A stretch of 64,000 bases of DNA, from positions 90,349 to 154,348 of the forward strand of contig CAYWPL010000002.1 in NCBI GenBank assembly GCA_964460365.1, given 5' to 3'. Within the stretch, counting starts at the first letter, position 1. Every line of letters begins with the position of its first letter. The stretch is from an uncultured Candidatus Peribacteria bacterium. GTDB taxonomy: Bacteria; Patescibacteriota; Gracilibacteria; Peribacterales; Peribacteraceae. The position numbers and the translations under genes are program-made. The notes below the pieces were generated by a model. That model did no database searches. It saw nothing but the letters and a program-made list of their open reading frames with translations, and had not been told where the DNA came from. Positions 1 to 8,758 of the stretch are shown here, in pieces.

Positions 1-879
1 GATCGCTTCCTGCGGGACTTTCTCCATGCATCCCTGGACGCGCTTATGGACGCGGGGTTCCGCTTCCACCGGATCGCCCGACACCGTCCCGTCCAGGATA
101 TCACCGATCCGTTGGAGTGTCTGCACGCCGGTCATGTAGAGCGTCACGGCCTCCTGCACCTCTTCAAGTGCATCGCGCTCGACCTCCGTTGACCTGCGCA
201 GCGCGTCGTTCACGCGGCCGGGGAAGTTCTGGAGGATGTCTTCCATCGCTTCGATGTCGCAACCGTAGCCTTCGGGGCTCGGCGGCAGATAGTTGGTATC
301 GAAGTAGCACACGGGCTCGGTGTCGTCGGGTGCGGATGAGGACGATGCGAATGCATCGGCTTCCTCTTGGTCCTGCAGTTTCTTGGTGCCCTCGGGCTCG
401 AAGAGCCGCGGCTCATCCCACCCCGGATCGTCATACGTCGGGTCCGTCGATCCTGTATCCAGCGCGTCGATGCGGTCGCGGAGGAACGAGAACAGGTCCG
501 TCAGGCGCACGACAGCCGTCACATTGCGTTCATCAAGCGCGCGGTTCAGTTCGGAGCGCACTTCTTCCATTTTGGCTTCAATAAGCGCCGCATCCATGCG
601 CAGACAGGCGGTCTGGTCCTGCAGGCTCTGGCTGCGGGCGAGTGCCGTCTGCGTGTTGTCCGAGGGAGCCATGATCGCCGAGAGCACGTCGCGCGACCAC
701 TCACCGATTTGATTGAGGAAGAAATTCAGGAGCATGTTGCCTTCCCACGCGTACTCGATGCCGGCGTCGGCGCGTTCCAGCACCGCCGCGACCGCGGGCG
801 TGCCGGCATATGTCTGCGCGGATGCGGGGGGTGCGAGCAGGAGCAGGATGCCGATGACCGGGGCGAGGAGACGTTTCAT
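1..879 (-). CDS. Secreted hypothetical protein, operon A gene 5 (start in window, 3' end beyond left edge)
   Basis: Absent from the ORF track because the frame is open to position 1. Manual minus-strand translation from ATG 879-877 gives MKRLLAPVIGILLLLAPPASAQTYAGTPAVAAVLERADAG... I checked all 293 codons to position 1 and found no stop. Strong GC3 bias. Its ATG overlaps the TGA of the upstream gene (ATGA at 876-879). Confidence 0.65.
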   Translation of the reverse strand, partial: MKRLLAPVIGILLLLAPPASAQTYAGTPAVAAVLERADAGIEYAWEGNMLLNFFLNQIGEWSRDVLSAIMAPSDNTQTALARSQSLQDQTACLRMDAALIEAKMEEVRSELNRALDERNVTAVVRLTDLFSFLRDRIDALDTGSTDPTYDDPGWDEPRLFEPEGTKKLQDQEEADAFASSSSAPDDTEPVCYFDTNYLPPSPEGYGCDIEAMEDILQNFPGRVNDALRRSTEVERDALEEVQEAVTLYMTGVQTLQRIGDILDGTVSGDPVEAEPRVHKRVQGCMEKVPQEAI

Positions 880-3380
880 TGGGCGGGGCATTGGGCATTG
901 ATGAGACCGTTGCCTTCGAAATCGTTGAACGGGCACATGACGGTCGGGAATTCGATTGTCGTGAAGCCCGTCAGCAGCGCCGCGGCGTTCTCGGTCATGT
1001 CGGCGAGCGCGAGCGTGGCCTGGGTGAGGTAGTCCACGTAGAGTCGAGTGCCGATGCGCGCTCCGAGCGCCGGGATGGCGGCCAGGGCGGCTTCATTCTC
1101 ATCGTCACGCGACTGGGTTTCGGCACCGATATCCAGCGAGATCGCCGGGAGTGTGCCGCCCAGACGGATGCTCTTCTGGGGGTCGAATGCGCAGAGGATC
1201 GGCAGGCCCTGCGGCGTCGAGCCCGTGCACAGCGCGTTCTCCACCTGGCGGATGACGAGAGCGGGACGATAGGCGGGAATCGCGGCGTCGGGCGGCTGGA
1301 TCTGGTGTTTCACGATGAGCCCACCCGGCTGGGGATCGGGCACGAGACACACGTCGTGCGGGGCGGTGGCGTCGCCTACGGTGTACGTGTTGCGGCCGGC
1401 GACGGCGCGGTACCGGAACGATTCTTCCAGGCACCGGTCGAAGTAGCAGACGTTGTTGCCGATCGTGTTCTCGTAGCTCACGGTCTGGTTCGGGTCGCAC
1501 GTCTCGCGGCCCAGCTGTTCGGCGGCGCGCAGCTGTCCGGCCACGCGGGAGTCAGCTTCCTTCCCGTCGGGCGGATCCATCTGATCGGCGCACGTGAGAG
1601 GCATCCAATCGGGTGCACGGTCGAAGGACAGCGCGAGCACGTCCTTCGCAAATGCAAATTGCTGGTCCAACGGGACCGTCTCGTAGCTGAACGCCGAGGG
1701 GCAGGAGCCGTAGCCGCGCTCCTGGCAGGAGGCATCCACGAAGATCTGCCAGCAGGTTTCGGCGTTCATCGGGATGCCCGTCGACGGCGAGATGGGATTG
1801 CCCTCGAAGACGCCGTCCGCGGCCATCGCTTCACACTGGGCTTTATACGCCTCGCCTTCCGTGTAGCAGCAGGCGTCGCGCTTCTGCATCAGAGTCTTTG
1901 CGTCGTCGCCCCCGCCCGGAGGCGAGTAGAGCATTGTGCCGGGGGGCTGACCGCACAGCTGCCGGGCGTGCACGAGCTCGTGGATCAGAATATAGGGGGC
2001 GGGCGTGTCAGGAGCGGTTTTGATGCGCACCTTCACCGTGCCGTCGGGCATCTTGGGTGACGTCTGGCCAGTGAGCGGCGTTCCGTCGTCGCACGTCACT
2101 TCGACGCGGCACTGCTTTATCGGATTGAAGGCCTCGGCATGCCAGTCGATATTCATGCACGCTTCGGGGCCGGCGGTCGTGATCTCCCGGGGAAGCTTGG
2201 AGGTGCAGGCCGTCAGGATGATCGTGCCCGCCTCAGGTTCCACCTCTTCTTCGCACTCGTCGGTGTTCTCGGTCGGGAGCGGGCGGCACAGATAGCCCAA
2301 ACGCGCGTAGGGTCCAGTGCAGAGGCCTCCCCCGTCCTGGGGCGGCGGCGGGTACGCTCCGCCGGGAATTGCTTCACAGTCGGTGCCGTCCTCGCAAAGC
2401 GACGGCAGCACGGGCTCCAACGCGGGATTCCAGGCGACGCCGGCATCGCCGCCGATCTCGTCCCCTTCCCGCTCCAGATAGACCCAGAGCCGGATGTCTG
2501 CATCGAGCCCGGCGCGGATGGAATCGGGAATGTTGAAGACGAGCAGTTCGCGCTGGCGCAGCGGCTCCGGGTCATCCGCCATGTCGCGTGCCGATTCGTG
2601 GATCGCCTGCAGCGCGGCCTCCACGTCCGGCCACCGCTTGAAGAGATACTGGCGCTCCGTGCCGTCGGGATCGCTGGGGTCCTCAAGTGGCGGCGCGAAC
2701 TGCGGCACGCGCTGGCCGCTCACGTAGTGGTAGCCGCCCTCCGTATAGCGCCAGACAGCGGCCACGCGCTCTTCCGGCGACAGGGCATCGAGGGCCGACA
2801 TGAGGTTTGACACGTTCTGCATCATTCCGCCGTCCTCGGGCAGATCGCGCATGCGGATGAGCGTAGCATTCGCGTCTGCATCGATGTCGCCGGCGCCGGC
2901 GCGCCAGATCCTGGCCAGCGCCCGCGCGCGGTTCTGGAGACTGTCAGGGGTATCGGTATTCACCGGAGCGTTCAGTTCGTTGCCGGCCGCGACGATCTGC
3001 AGGTCGACGGCGAAGGTCCGCGTGTCCATCTCGCGCTGCGCGAGGATCTGGATGGTCTCCTGCGCGGCGAGACAACCGCCGAAGATGTCCAGATCGGCTT
3101 CGGCCGCGTCCTCCTCGGTATCGGTCGGCAGTCCGCAGAAGAGCGGATTATTCTCCAGCGCGAGCGGGATGTCCTCCTCCGTTAGGTCCTTCCCCTCGGG
3201 CTCGTAAGAACCGAGGATGAACGCCGTCACCTCCGGGTCGATCGTCTTGGCGCCCTCATTGTCGATCAGCAGGTCGCGCCGCGTGGCATCGAGCATCCGC
3301 AGATAGAGGTCGGCTTCTGCCGCGTGGGCCGCCATCGGCAGCACGATCAGCATGCCGACGAGGAGGTGTTTAATGCGCAT
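876..3380 (-). CDS. Large Cys-rich secreted protein with one HExxH motif, operon A gene 4
   Basis: 834-aa ORF with signal-peptide-like N-terminus MRIKHLLVGMLIVLPMAAHAAEA. Motif YILIHELVHARQ. 27 Cys by my count. No other family motif recognised. The start overlaps the upstream stop by 11 nt. Confidence 0.85.
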   Translation of the reverse strand: MRIKHLLVGMLIVLPMAAHAAEADLYLRMLDATRRDLLIDNEGAKTIDPEVTAFILGSYEPEGKDLTEEDIPLALENNPLFCGLPTDTEEDAAEADLDIFGGCLAAQETIQILAQREMDTRTFAVDLQIVAAGNELNAPVNTDTPDSLQNRARALARIWRAGAGDIDADANATLIRMRDLPEDGGMMQNVSNLMSALDALSPEERVAAVWRYTEGGYHYVSGQRVPQFAPPLEDPSDPDGTERQYLFKRWPDVEAALQAIHESARDMADDPEPLRQRELLVFNIPDSIRAGLDADIRLWVYLEREGDEIGGDAGVAWNPALEPVLPSLCEDGTDCEAIPGGAYPPPPQDGGGLCTGPYARLGYLCRPLPTENTDECEEEVEPEAGTIILTACTSKLPREITTAGPEACMNIDWHAEAFNPIKQCRVEVTCDDGTPLTGQTSPKMPDGTVKVRIKTAPDTPAPYILIHELVHARQLCGQPPGTMLYSPPGGGDDAKTLMQKRDACCYTEGEAYKAQCEAMAADGVFEGNPISPSTGIPMNAETCWQIFVDASCQERGYGSCPSAFSYETVPLDQQFAFAKDVLALSFDRAPDWMPLTCADQMDPPDGKEADSRVAGQLRAAEQLGRETCDPNQTVSYENTIGNNVCYFDRCLEESFRYRAVAGRNTYTVGDATAPHDVCLVPDPQPGGLIVKHQIQPPDAAIPAYRPALVIRQVENALCTGSTPQGLPILCAFDPQKSIRLGGTLPAISLDIGAETQSRDDENEAALAAIPALGARIGTRLYVDYLTQATLALADMTENAAALLTGFTTIEFPTVMCPFNDFEGNGLINAQCPAQ

Positions 3381-4272
3381 CGTAGGTACGGAGGGAACCG
3401 CGGGCGTTGCGGATGCGGACCATGCAGGCGCTCGTCTCCGCGGCGAGTGACATGAGGTTGCGGATCTCGAGGGAGATGTCCTCCAGACAGGTGACGTTGC
3501 TGGCGAGCGGGCGCATATGGTCTGCGGCGGCGATGTAGATGAGCGTGCGGCGCATCGCCTGCTCGGCGAGGGTCAGTTCTTCCCCGATCACCAGATGTTC
3601 GCGCATCGCGCGGGCGAGGACCGGTATCACGAAGATGCTGTTATCGTCGTTGAACTCGTCTTCGTCCTTAGTCGGATACTCAAAGCTCGGGTCGCCCGGT
3701 TCAGCCTCGTAGGCGTCGAGCGCGTTTTGGTAGTAGAGGTCGCCGGCGCGGAACTGGAGCGCACAGCGGTACGTGCGCAGGAATTCCAGCAGGATCGACG
3801 GGGCTTCTTCTTCCGTAAAGGGCACGCCGCTCTTCCACGGTTCCACCAACGCGGCGATGGCCTTGAGTGGTTCTGAGGCAGGTACGAACGGCTCGGCGCG
3901 GCAGATGGCCGACGGCTGGTTCATGTGCGCCCGGATGATCGCGTCCACGGCGGCGTGGTAGAAATCGCGCCACTCTTCCACGGTCGTGCGCGCGGCCTCT
4001 TCCTCCTCCTCGTCATCCGACGAGGACGACGAATCGGCGAATTCGATCGGGAACGTGAACGGGAACGCGGATTCCTCGTAATCTTCTTCGATCGGGAAGA
4101 GATCCTCGTTCATCTCGCACGCGGGCATGTCGGTCGGCACGTCGTCCGTGGCCACCTGGGCGCGGAGGTCGGCCGAGCTCTGCAGCAGCAGGCCGACGGA
4201 CAGGACCGCACCGAGGGCGAGTCCGGAGGCGATCCAGCGTCTGCCGGCGAGGGAACGCGCGTCATTCGCCAT
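3370..4272 (-). CDS. Secreted or membrane-anchored hypothetical protein, operon A gene 3
   Basis: ORF 3370-4311. I prefer the internal ATG at 4272: MANDARSLAGRRWIASGLALGAVLSVGLLLQSSA has a charged n-region followed by an h-region. That start gives an 11-nt overlap with the upstream stop (4262-4264). Contains an acidic run SSSSSDDEEEEEAA. No family recognised. Confidence 0.75.
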   Translation of the reverse strand: MANDARSLAGRRWIASGLALGAVLSVGLLLQSSADLRAQVATDDVPTDMPACEMNEDLFPIEEDYEESAFPFTFPIEFADSSSSSDDEEEEEAARTTVEEWRDFYHAAVDAIIRAHMNQPSAICRAEPFVPASEPLKAIAALVEPWKSGVPFTEEEAPSILLEFLRTYRCALQFRAGDLYYQNALDAYEAEPGDPSFEYPTKDEDEFNDDNSIFVIPVLARAMREHLVIGEELTLAEQAMRRTLIYIAAADHMRPLASNVTCLEDISLEIRNLMSLAAETSACMVRIRNARGSLRTYDAH

Positions 4273-5179
4273 TGCACTGGGAGAGGAAGCACGGCATGCG
4301 GCCGAGTTCACCGAGCAGCGACATGGATTGCTCGATGGGCGTCAGCATGTCGTCATGGAACGCGATGAGGAATTCGTCGAAGTTGCCGGCAAACTGCAAC
4401 AGGCTGCGATACGACGCGTCGTAGAAGCCCGCCAGCAGGTACATCTGCTTCTCGCGCTCGACGAGCTGCTCGATGAGCGGCCGGCAGTTCTCGCGGACGA
4501 TCGTGTCGCTGTACGCCTCGATGTTGCGCTGCTTCTCGGCGTCATCCTCCTCGTCATCTTCAATCAGTTCGTCGTTGTCGAAATGACACTGCGAATAGGG
4601 TTTCATCTGCAGATCCATGCAGCCCGGCGTCTCGATGGGCTTGTAGTCGTCGGGGTTCTCGCCGTCGTCCAGATACGAGGCACGGACGTTTCCGCAGACC
4701 ATCTCCAGGCGGCACTTGTAGCCCCGCAGCATCTGTGCGAGGGCAGGCACGATATCCGAGGTGAGCGCGCCCCTCCGGTCCAGCTGCCCCAGACGCGGCT
4801 CGCGCGGTGACGGGTTCTCGATCTCGTTCATGCCCTCCCACTCGGTCTGCCGGTTCATCTGCAGGTCCGACCAGGTGGTGTTCTCGTAGCCGGGCGACGT
4901 GGAGCGCCAGGTATTGTCATCGGTCTTGATCCAGGCGCTGCCGTCCTCGCCGTAGCGCGTGTTGCCCTTGGGCTCATCCTTGGCGTCCGGCCGGCCGAGC
5001 AGGATCTGACGCGCGATGCGCTGCTGCTGCACGGCGGCGGCCTGCACCTGGGCAACGCAGGAGTCCGCGGCCGTCGCTTCGGGCTCGATCAGTTTCGTCG
5101 GATCGATCTCCGCGGCGCGGGATGGCGCGGATGACGCGACAAGCGTGATAAGTGCAAGGAGGGAGAGCAGGCGCTTCAT
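4262..5179 (-). CDS. Secreted hypothetical protein, operon A gene 2
   Basis: ORF 4262-5434, but the first 85 codons are Arg/His/Pro-rich and overlap the upstream gene. Internal ATG at 5179 gives MKRLLSLLALITLVASSAPSRAAE (signal peptide) and an ATGA overlap with the upstream stop (5176-5178). Product 305 aa, with an acidic EDDEEDDAEKQ run and several Cys. Confidence 0.8.
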   Translation of the reverse strand: MKRLLSLLALITLVASSAPSRAAEIDPTKLIEPEATAADSCVAQVQAAAVQQQRIARQILLGRPDAKDEPKGNTRYGEDGSAWIKTDDNTWRSTSPGYENTTWSDLQMNRQTEWEGMNEIENPSPREPRLGQLDRRGALTSDIVPALAQMLRGYKCRLEMVCGNVRASYLDDGENPDDYKPIETPGCMDLQMKPYSQCHFDNDELIEDDEEDDAEKQRNIEAYSDTIVRENCRPLIEQLVEREKQMYLLAGFYDASYRSLLQFAGNFDEFLIAFHDDMLTPIEQSMSLLGELGRMPCFLSQCNGE

Positions 5180-8100
5180 GGATTCTGGGGAATGAGCGGC
5201 GTGTCGGGCGGAAGGCCGAAGATCGGATACAGGTCCTCGGTGCGGCCGGGGTACGGATACTGCTGGCCGGTGGCGGGGTCCGTCGCGGTCTTGCCTTCTG
5301 GGGTGATGGTCAGTTCGCGCGTCATCGTGCGCAGCTCGTCGATAAGTTCGTTCTGCTGCACGTCGGTATCCGATGGCCCGATGATCTGCCAGCCGTTGCC
5401 CGCGTTGCGGCGTTCGGCGCGCATGCGACGACACGTCTCATCCGCCGGGTTGCATGTTTCGGTGCGGATGCCCACGGGCCCATACGCGTCCTCCAGCAGC
5501 AGAATCTGCGGGCGGGCCGTCAGGCGGGTGAAGATCTGGATGAGTTCGGTCTCCACGTAGCTGCACGGCTTCTTGTCGAACTTGGGGCACTCGTATCCGC
5601 GCGTCTCCTCGGACGGCTCCATGTCCTCCCAGAAACGTTTGTACGCGGCGCGCATCTTCGTGAGGATCTCAATCGCCCGGTCCATGGCCCTCTCCTGCTC
5701 GGTCGTGTCCAGCGGCGGCGGTTCCGGTAGCGAAACAGGTTCTTCGCCCTGTTTGATGGCTTCTGCCAGGCGCGGCGCCACGATGTTCTCGGCGTCGAAG
5801 GTCGGCACGGGCGGCAGATCGGGCAGAGATGTCAGCGCGTCGAGATCCTCCACTTCCTCGTCCGCCGGGGGCGGCGTGGGCAGCGTGAGTTCGATCTGTA
5901 CCACGTAAGGCACCGGCACGATCACGGCCGAACTCCCCGGGAAGAAGAAGCGCATGAGATCGAGATCGAAATGGATGTCCTCGTCGCGGGTGTTCTCGCA
6001 GAGGATCGGGAAACTGTTCCCGTCCGCCTCGCAGCTCGGTATGCCGCCCTGCAGCGAAGGGCGTCCCGGATACCATCCCTCGTAATCGAGTAGCGAGTAG
6101 ATCGACGTGGTGAAGTAATCCGAGCGGCACCAGGGCACGGCGTCTTCCCCGTCATGCACGTCCGCGAGCGCCTGCTGCACCTGGCGCACTTTGCCCTGCA
6201 GGAGCAGCCGCTTGTCACGGTTCTCAAGCCAGGCGATGTAGCGCTCCAGGTTCTGCTGCGCCCACTGGTTGATGCCGAGCAGTAGTTCGCGCTGGCGCTG
6301 GAGCAGCACACCGATATATCCCGGCAGCTCGCCGCGCAGTTCGCGATACTCGTCGATCTCGTCCGCGTATTCCAGCAGCGTCTCGATGACGTCATCCACT
6401 TCGTCAGGCACCTCCAGCCCCAGCGACTCGCGCTGGCGGCGATAGTCCTCCCAGCGCTGTGCGAGTGCTTCATACGTCAACGGAGGGCCCAGCGGAATCA
6501 CCACCGGGACCGGCACGGGCTTGAGGAGCAGAAACCTCTCCAGCAGTCCGGAGACGATGCCCAGCAGGTCGTCACGCGCTTGCAGTTGCACTTCGACGGT
6601 GCGCCACCGCGTTGCCTCTCCGCCATCCGTTACCACCGGCTGCGATGCCAGCGGCATGTCCTCCAGGCCGGGTGCCCACGCGGCGGGAAGGCGCAGTCGG
6701 ACGACCGGCGGCGAGATCAGCTTGGCCATGTCGGTCGTGAATTTCTGAATCCAGTTGGTGAAGATCCGCGCCGCGCCGGTGTCGCTGCGGATCGTGTCAT
6801 CGATCGCGCGCTGCAGATACGTTGGTGCCATCGTTCGCTCGTCGGTGTTCTGGGTGTAGGCCGTCATCCGTGCGAAATCGAGATCGAAGAACGTCGTGTG
6901 CATGATGCCGTCGTAGTCCTCCGTGAAGACCGGTTCGGACAGGAACGAAATGCCGTCGCCCAGGTTCGGATACCACAGATCGTTTTCCTCGTCGTAGCTC
7001 GGGTTGCGCGGCTGGAACGGCTTGTCGGGAACCTCGGCCCGGTAGTGGCCCACGCCTTGCTGAGAGGTTTTGAGCCCCAGCCCCGAATCGGCGAACGGGT
7101 TGCCGTCTTTTTTGGAGTACGGGAAGCGGATGACGCACTGTGGAACGACGACGGTGTCTTTCGGGTCGATTTCTTTGTACAGGCCGTAGCAGGCGACTTC
7201 CGCCGAAACACGCTTCAGCTGGTCGCGCGGCACCTGCGTGAGGCCGGCGCGCTCCGTCTCCGCCGAATAGAACCGGAAGAACGACTGGTAGCTCTGGCCG
7301 CGCGGATCCTGCTCGCACCCCGGGCCGGGACAACGGCACTCTTCGCCCTGACAGGGCATGATGCAGTTGGGGAACCCCTCCTCAGCCGTCCGGCGCGAGC
7401 AACGGAATTTTTCCACCCACACGGCGCAGCGCTGTCCGATGATCACGGCGCCCTCGGGAGGCGGGACATTGTCGCCGCCCGGTCCGCCCTTTTCCGAGGC
7501 TTTGCTGCTTGCCGCCGGGAAACTGAATGTCGAAAACGACGAACTGGGAAAATCCACCGGACCAAAGGACGATGTCGGATCCGATGTGGGCTCGAGTCCG
7601 GGAAATAACGACAGGTTCGGATCGGGGTCGGTGGTGATGGCGGTGGGGAACGACGACGGTCCGGGCGTTTGCGCCAGCAGGCTTGCCGTCATCGGGTTGC
7701 GCTGCGCGACGACGCGCGCGGGGGGTGCCTGGCGCGCGGGGGCGCGGGCGATTCCGGGCACGCCGTCATCCGGCGTGGGCTGCACTTCCGACGGCGCCTC
7801 GCCGACGATGTTGCCGTCCTTGTCGACGTAGACATCATTGAATGCCGCGCAGTCCTCGTAGGTAAATGTATTGAGCCATTCGCAGAACAGCACGCATTGC
7901 TCGGGCGTCTGTGGCCCGTCCTCCTCGTCTCCGCGGTTCGTCGCGGGGTCGCCGGCCCAGCGGCACGGTGGGTTCTCGAAGTACGGCATCGTGAAGTCTT
8001 TCGCCACGTAGCCTCCTGGCTGCCCGTCGGGTCCGTCCTCCCACACGCGGATCGTATCGTCGCCGCCGCGGCTGAACGCGCAGTCCGTCGTCAGGCCCAG

Positions 8101-8442
8101 GGCCGTCTCGGGGAACAGATATCCATCATCCAGAATGCCGCCCTGTTCAATGCGCTTCGCGAGTCCCGATCCGGGATTGCCCAGCGGCTCGCCCTCGCGT
8201 CCCGGCAGACCCGTCACTTTGGAGATGCGCCACGGCTTACCGAGTTCCTCGCCCACTTTCTGCTCCCCGGAGAGATCCCAGCCGCCGCACTGCGCGCCCT
8301 TCGCGATTGCTGCGGGGATCTCGTCCTTCACGATGGTGACAATGTCCTGATACGTTTTGGGCGGGTACAAATCCGGCGGGATCACATACGAGGGTTCCGC
8401 GTGCACGCGGATCGACGCGAGCGTCAGGAGGACGCCGAGCAA
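5176..8442 (-). CDS. Giant secreted hypothetical protein, operon A gene 1
   Basis: 1088-aa ORF with hydrophobic N-terminus LGVLLTLASIRVHA/EP. The track start is TTG 8442. The frame stays open upstream to 8541 and encodes ...AHTFRRLPRI, a proper charged n-region, but without ATG/GTG/TTG. The true start may therefore be non-canonical (CTG 8523 or ATT 8481). A roughly 110-aa Pro/Ser/Thr-rich linker follows the N-terminal domain. Many Cys. No family recognised. Confidence 0.85.
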   Translation of the reverse strand: MLGVLLTLASIRVHAEPSYVIPPDLYPPKTYQDIVTIVKDEIPAAIAKGAQCGGWDLSGEQKVGEELGKPWRISKVTGLPGREGEPLGNPGSGLAKRIEQGGILDDGYLFPETALGLTTDCAFSRGGDDTIRVWEDGPDGQPGGYVAKDFTMPYFENPPCRWAGDPATNRGDEEDGPQTPEQCVLFCEWLNTFTYEDCAAFNDVYVDKDGNIVGEAPSEVQPTPDDGVPGIARAPARQAPPARVVAQRNPMTASLLAQTPGPSSFPTAITTDPDPNLSLFPGLEPTSDPTSSFGPVDFPSSSFSTFSFPAASSKASEKGGPGGDNVPPPEGAVIIGQRCAVWVEKFRCSRRTAEEGFPNCIMPCQGEECRCPGPGCEQDPRGQSYQSFFRFYSAETERAGLTQVPRDQLKRVSAEVACYGLYKEIDPKDTVVVPQCVIRFPYSKKDGNPFADSGLGLKTSQQGVGHYRAEVPDKPFQPRNPSYDEENDLWYPNLGDGISFLSEPVFTEDYDGIMHTTFFDLDFARMTAYTQNTDERTMAPTYLQRAIDDTIRSDTGAARIFTNWIQKFTTDMAKLISPPVVRLRLPAAWAPGLEDMPLASQPVVTDGGEATRWRTVEVQLQARDDLLGIVSGLLERFLLLKPVPVPVVIPLGPPLTYEALAQRWEDYRRQRESLGLEVPDEVDDVIETLLEYADEIDEYRELRGELPGYIGVLLQRQRELLLGINQWAQQNLERYIAWLENRDKRLLLQGKVRQVQQALADVHDGEDAVPWCRSDYFTTSIYSLLDYEGWYPGRPSLQGGIPSCEADGNSFPILCENTRDEDIHFDLDLMRFFFPGSSAVIVPVPYVVQIELTLPTPPPADEEVEDLDALTSLPDLPPVPTFDAENIVAPRLAEAIKQGEEPVSLPEPPPLDTTEQERAMDRAIEILTKMRAAYKRFWEDMEPSEETRGYECPKFDKKPCSYVETELIQIFTRLTARPQILLLEDAYGPVGIRTETCNPADETCRRMRAERRNAGNGWQIIGPSDTDVQQNELIDELRTMTRELTITPEGKTATDPATGQQYPYPGRTEDLYPIFGLPPDTPLIPQNP

Positions 8443-8758
8443 GATGCGCGGGAGCCGGCGGAAGGTGTGTGCGAGGGAAATCTTCTGATTGTACCAGAAA
8501 AACGTTTCACTTACAGCTTCCAGAAGCCATTTCCCCCAGTCTTATACTTGACGGAAAAAACGCATGATGGCTTGCACATACTTTGTAACAGCAAATGTGG
8601 GCATTTCGCGGCTGGAACAAGATACTAGAAAATATTTTTTGAAATAATCCACGTACAAGTTCTTGTCCTCGTCCGCATGCCAGGTGTACAACCGTTCACG
8701 TCCAGAGACAGGTACGCACTGCTCGCGGCATCCTCTACTTCCATTCCCCCCTCGGGTT

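Noticed and set aside
4273-4311. Longer start (4311) for operon A gene 3, and the 85-codon extension (5180-5434) of gene 2
   Set aside because: The extensions overlap the upstream genes extensively and lack signal-peptide logic. The internal ATGs give proper signal peptides and short coupling overlaps.
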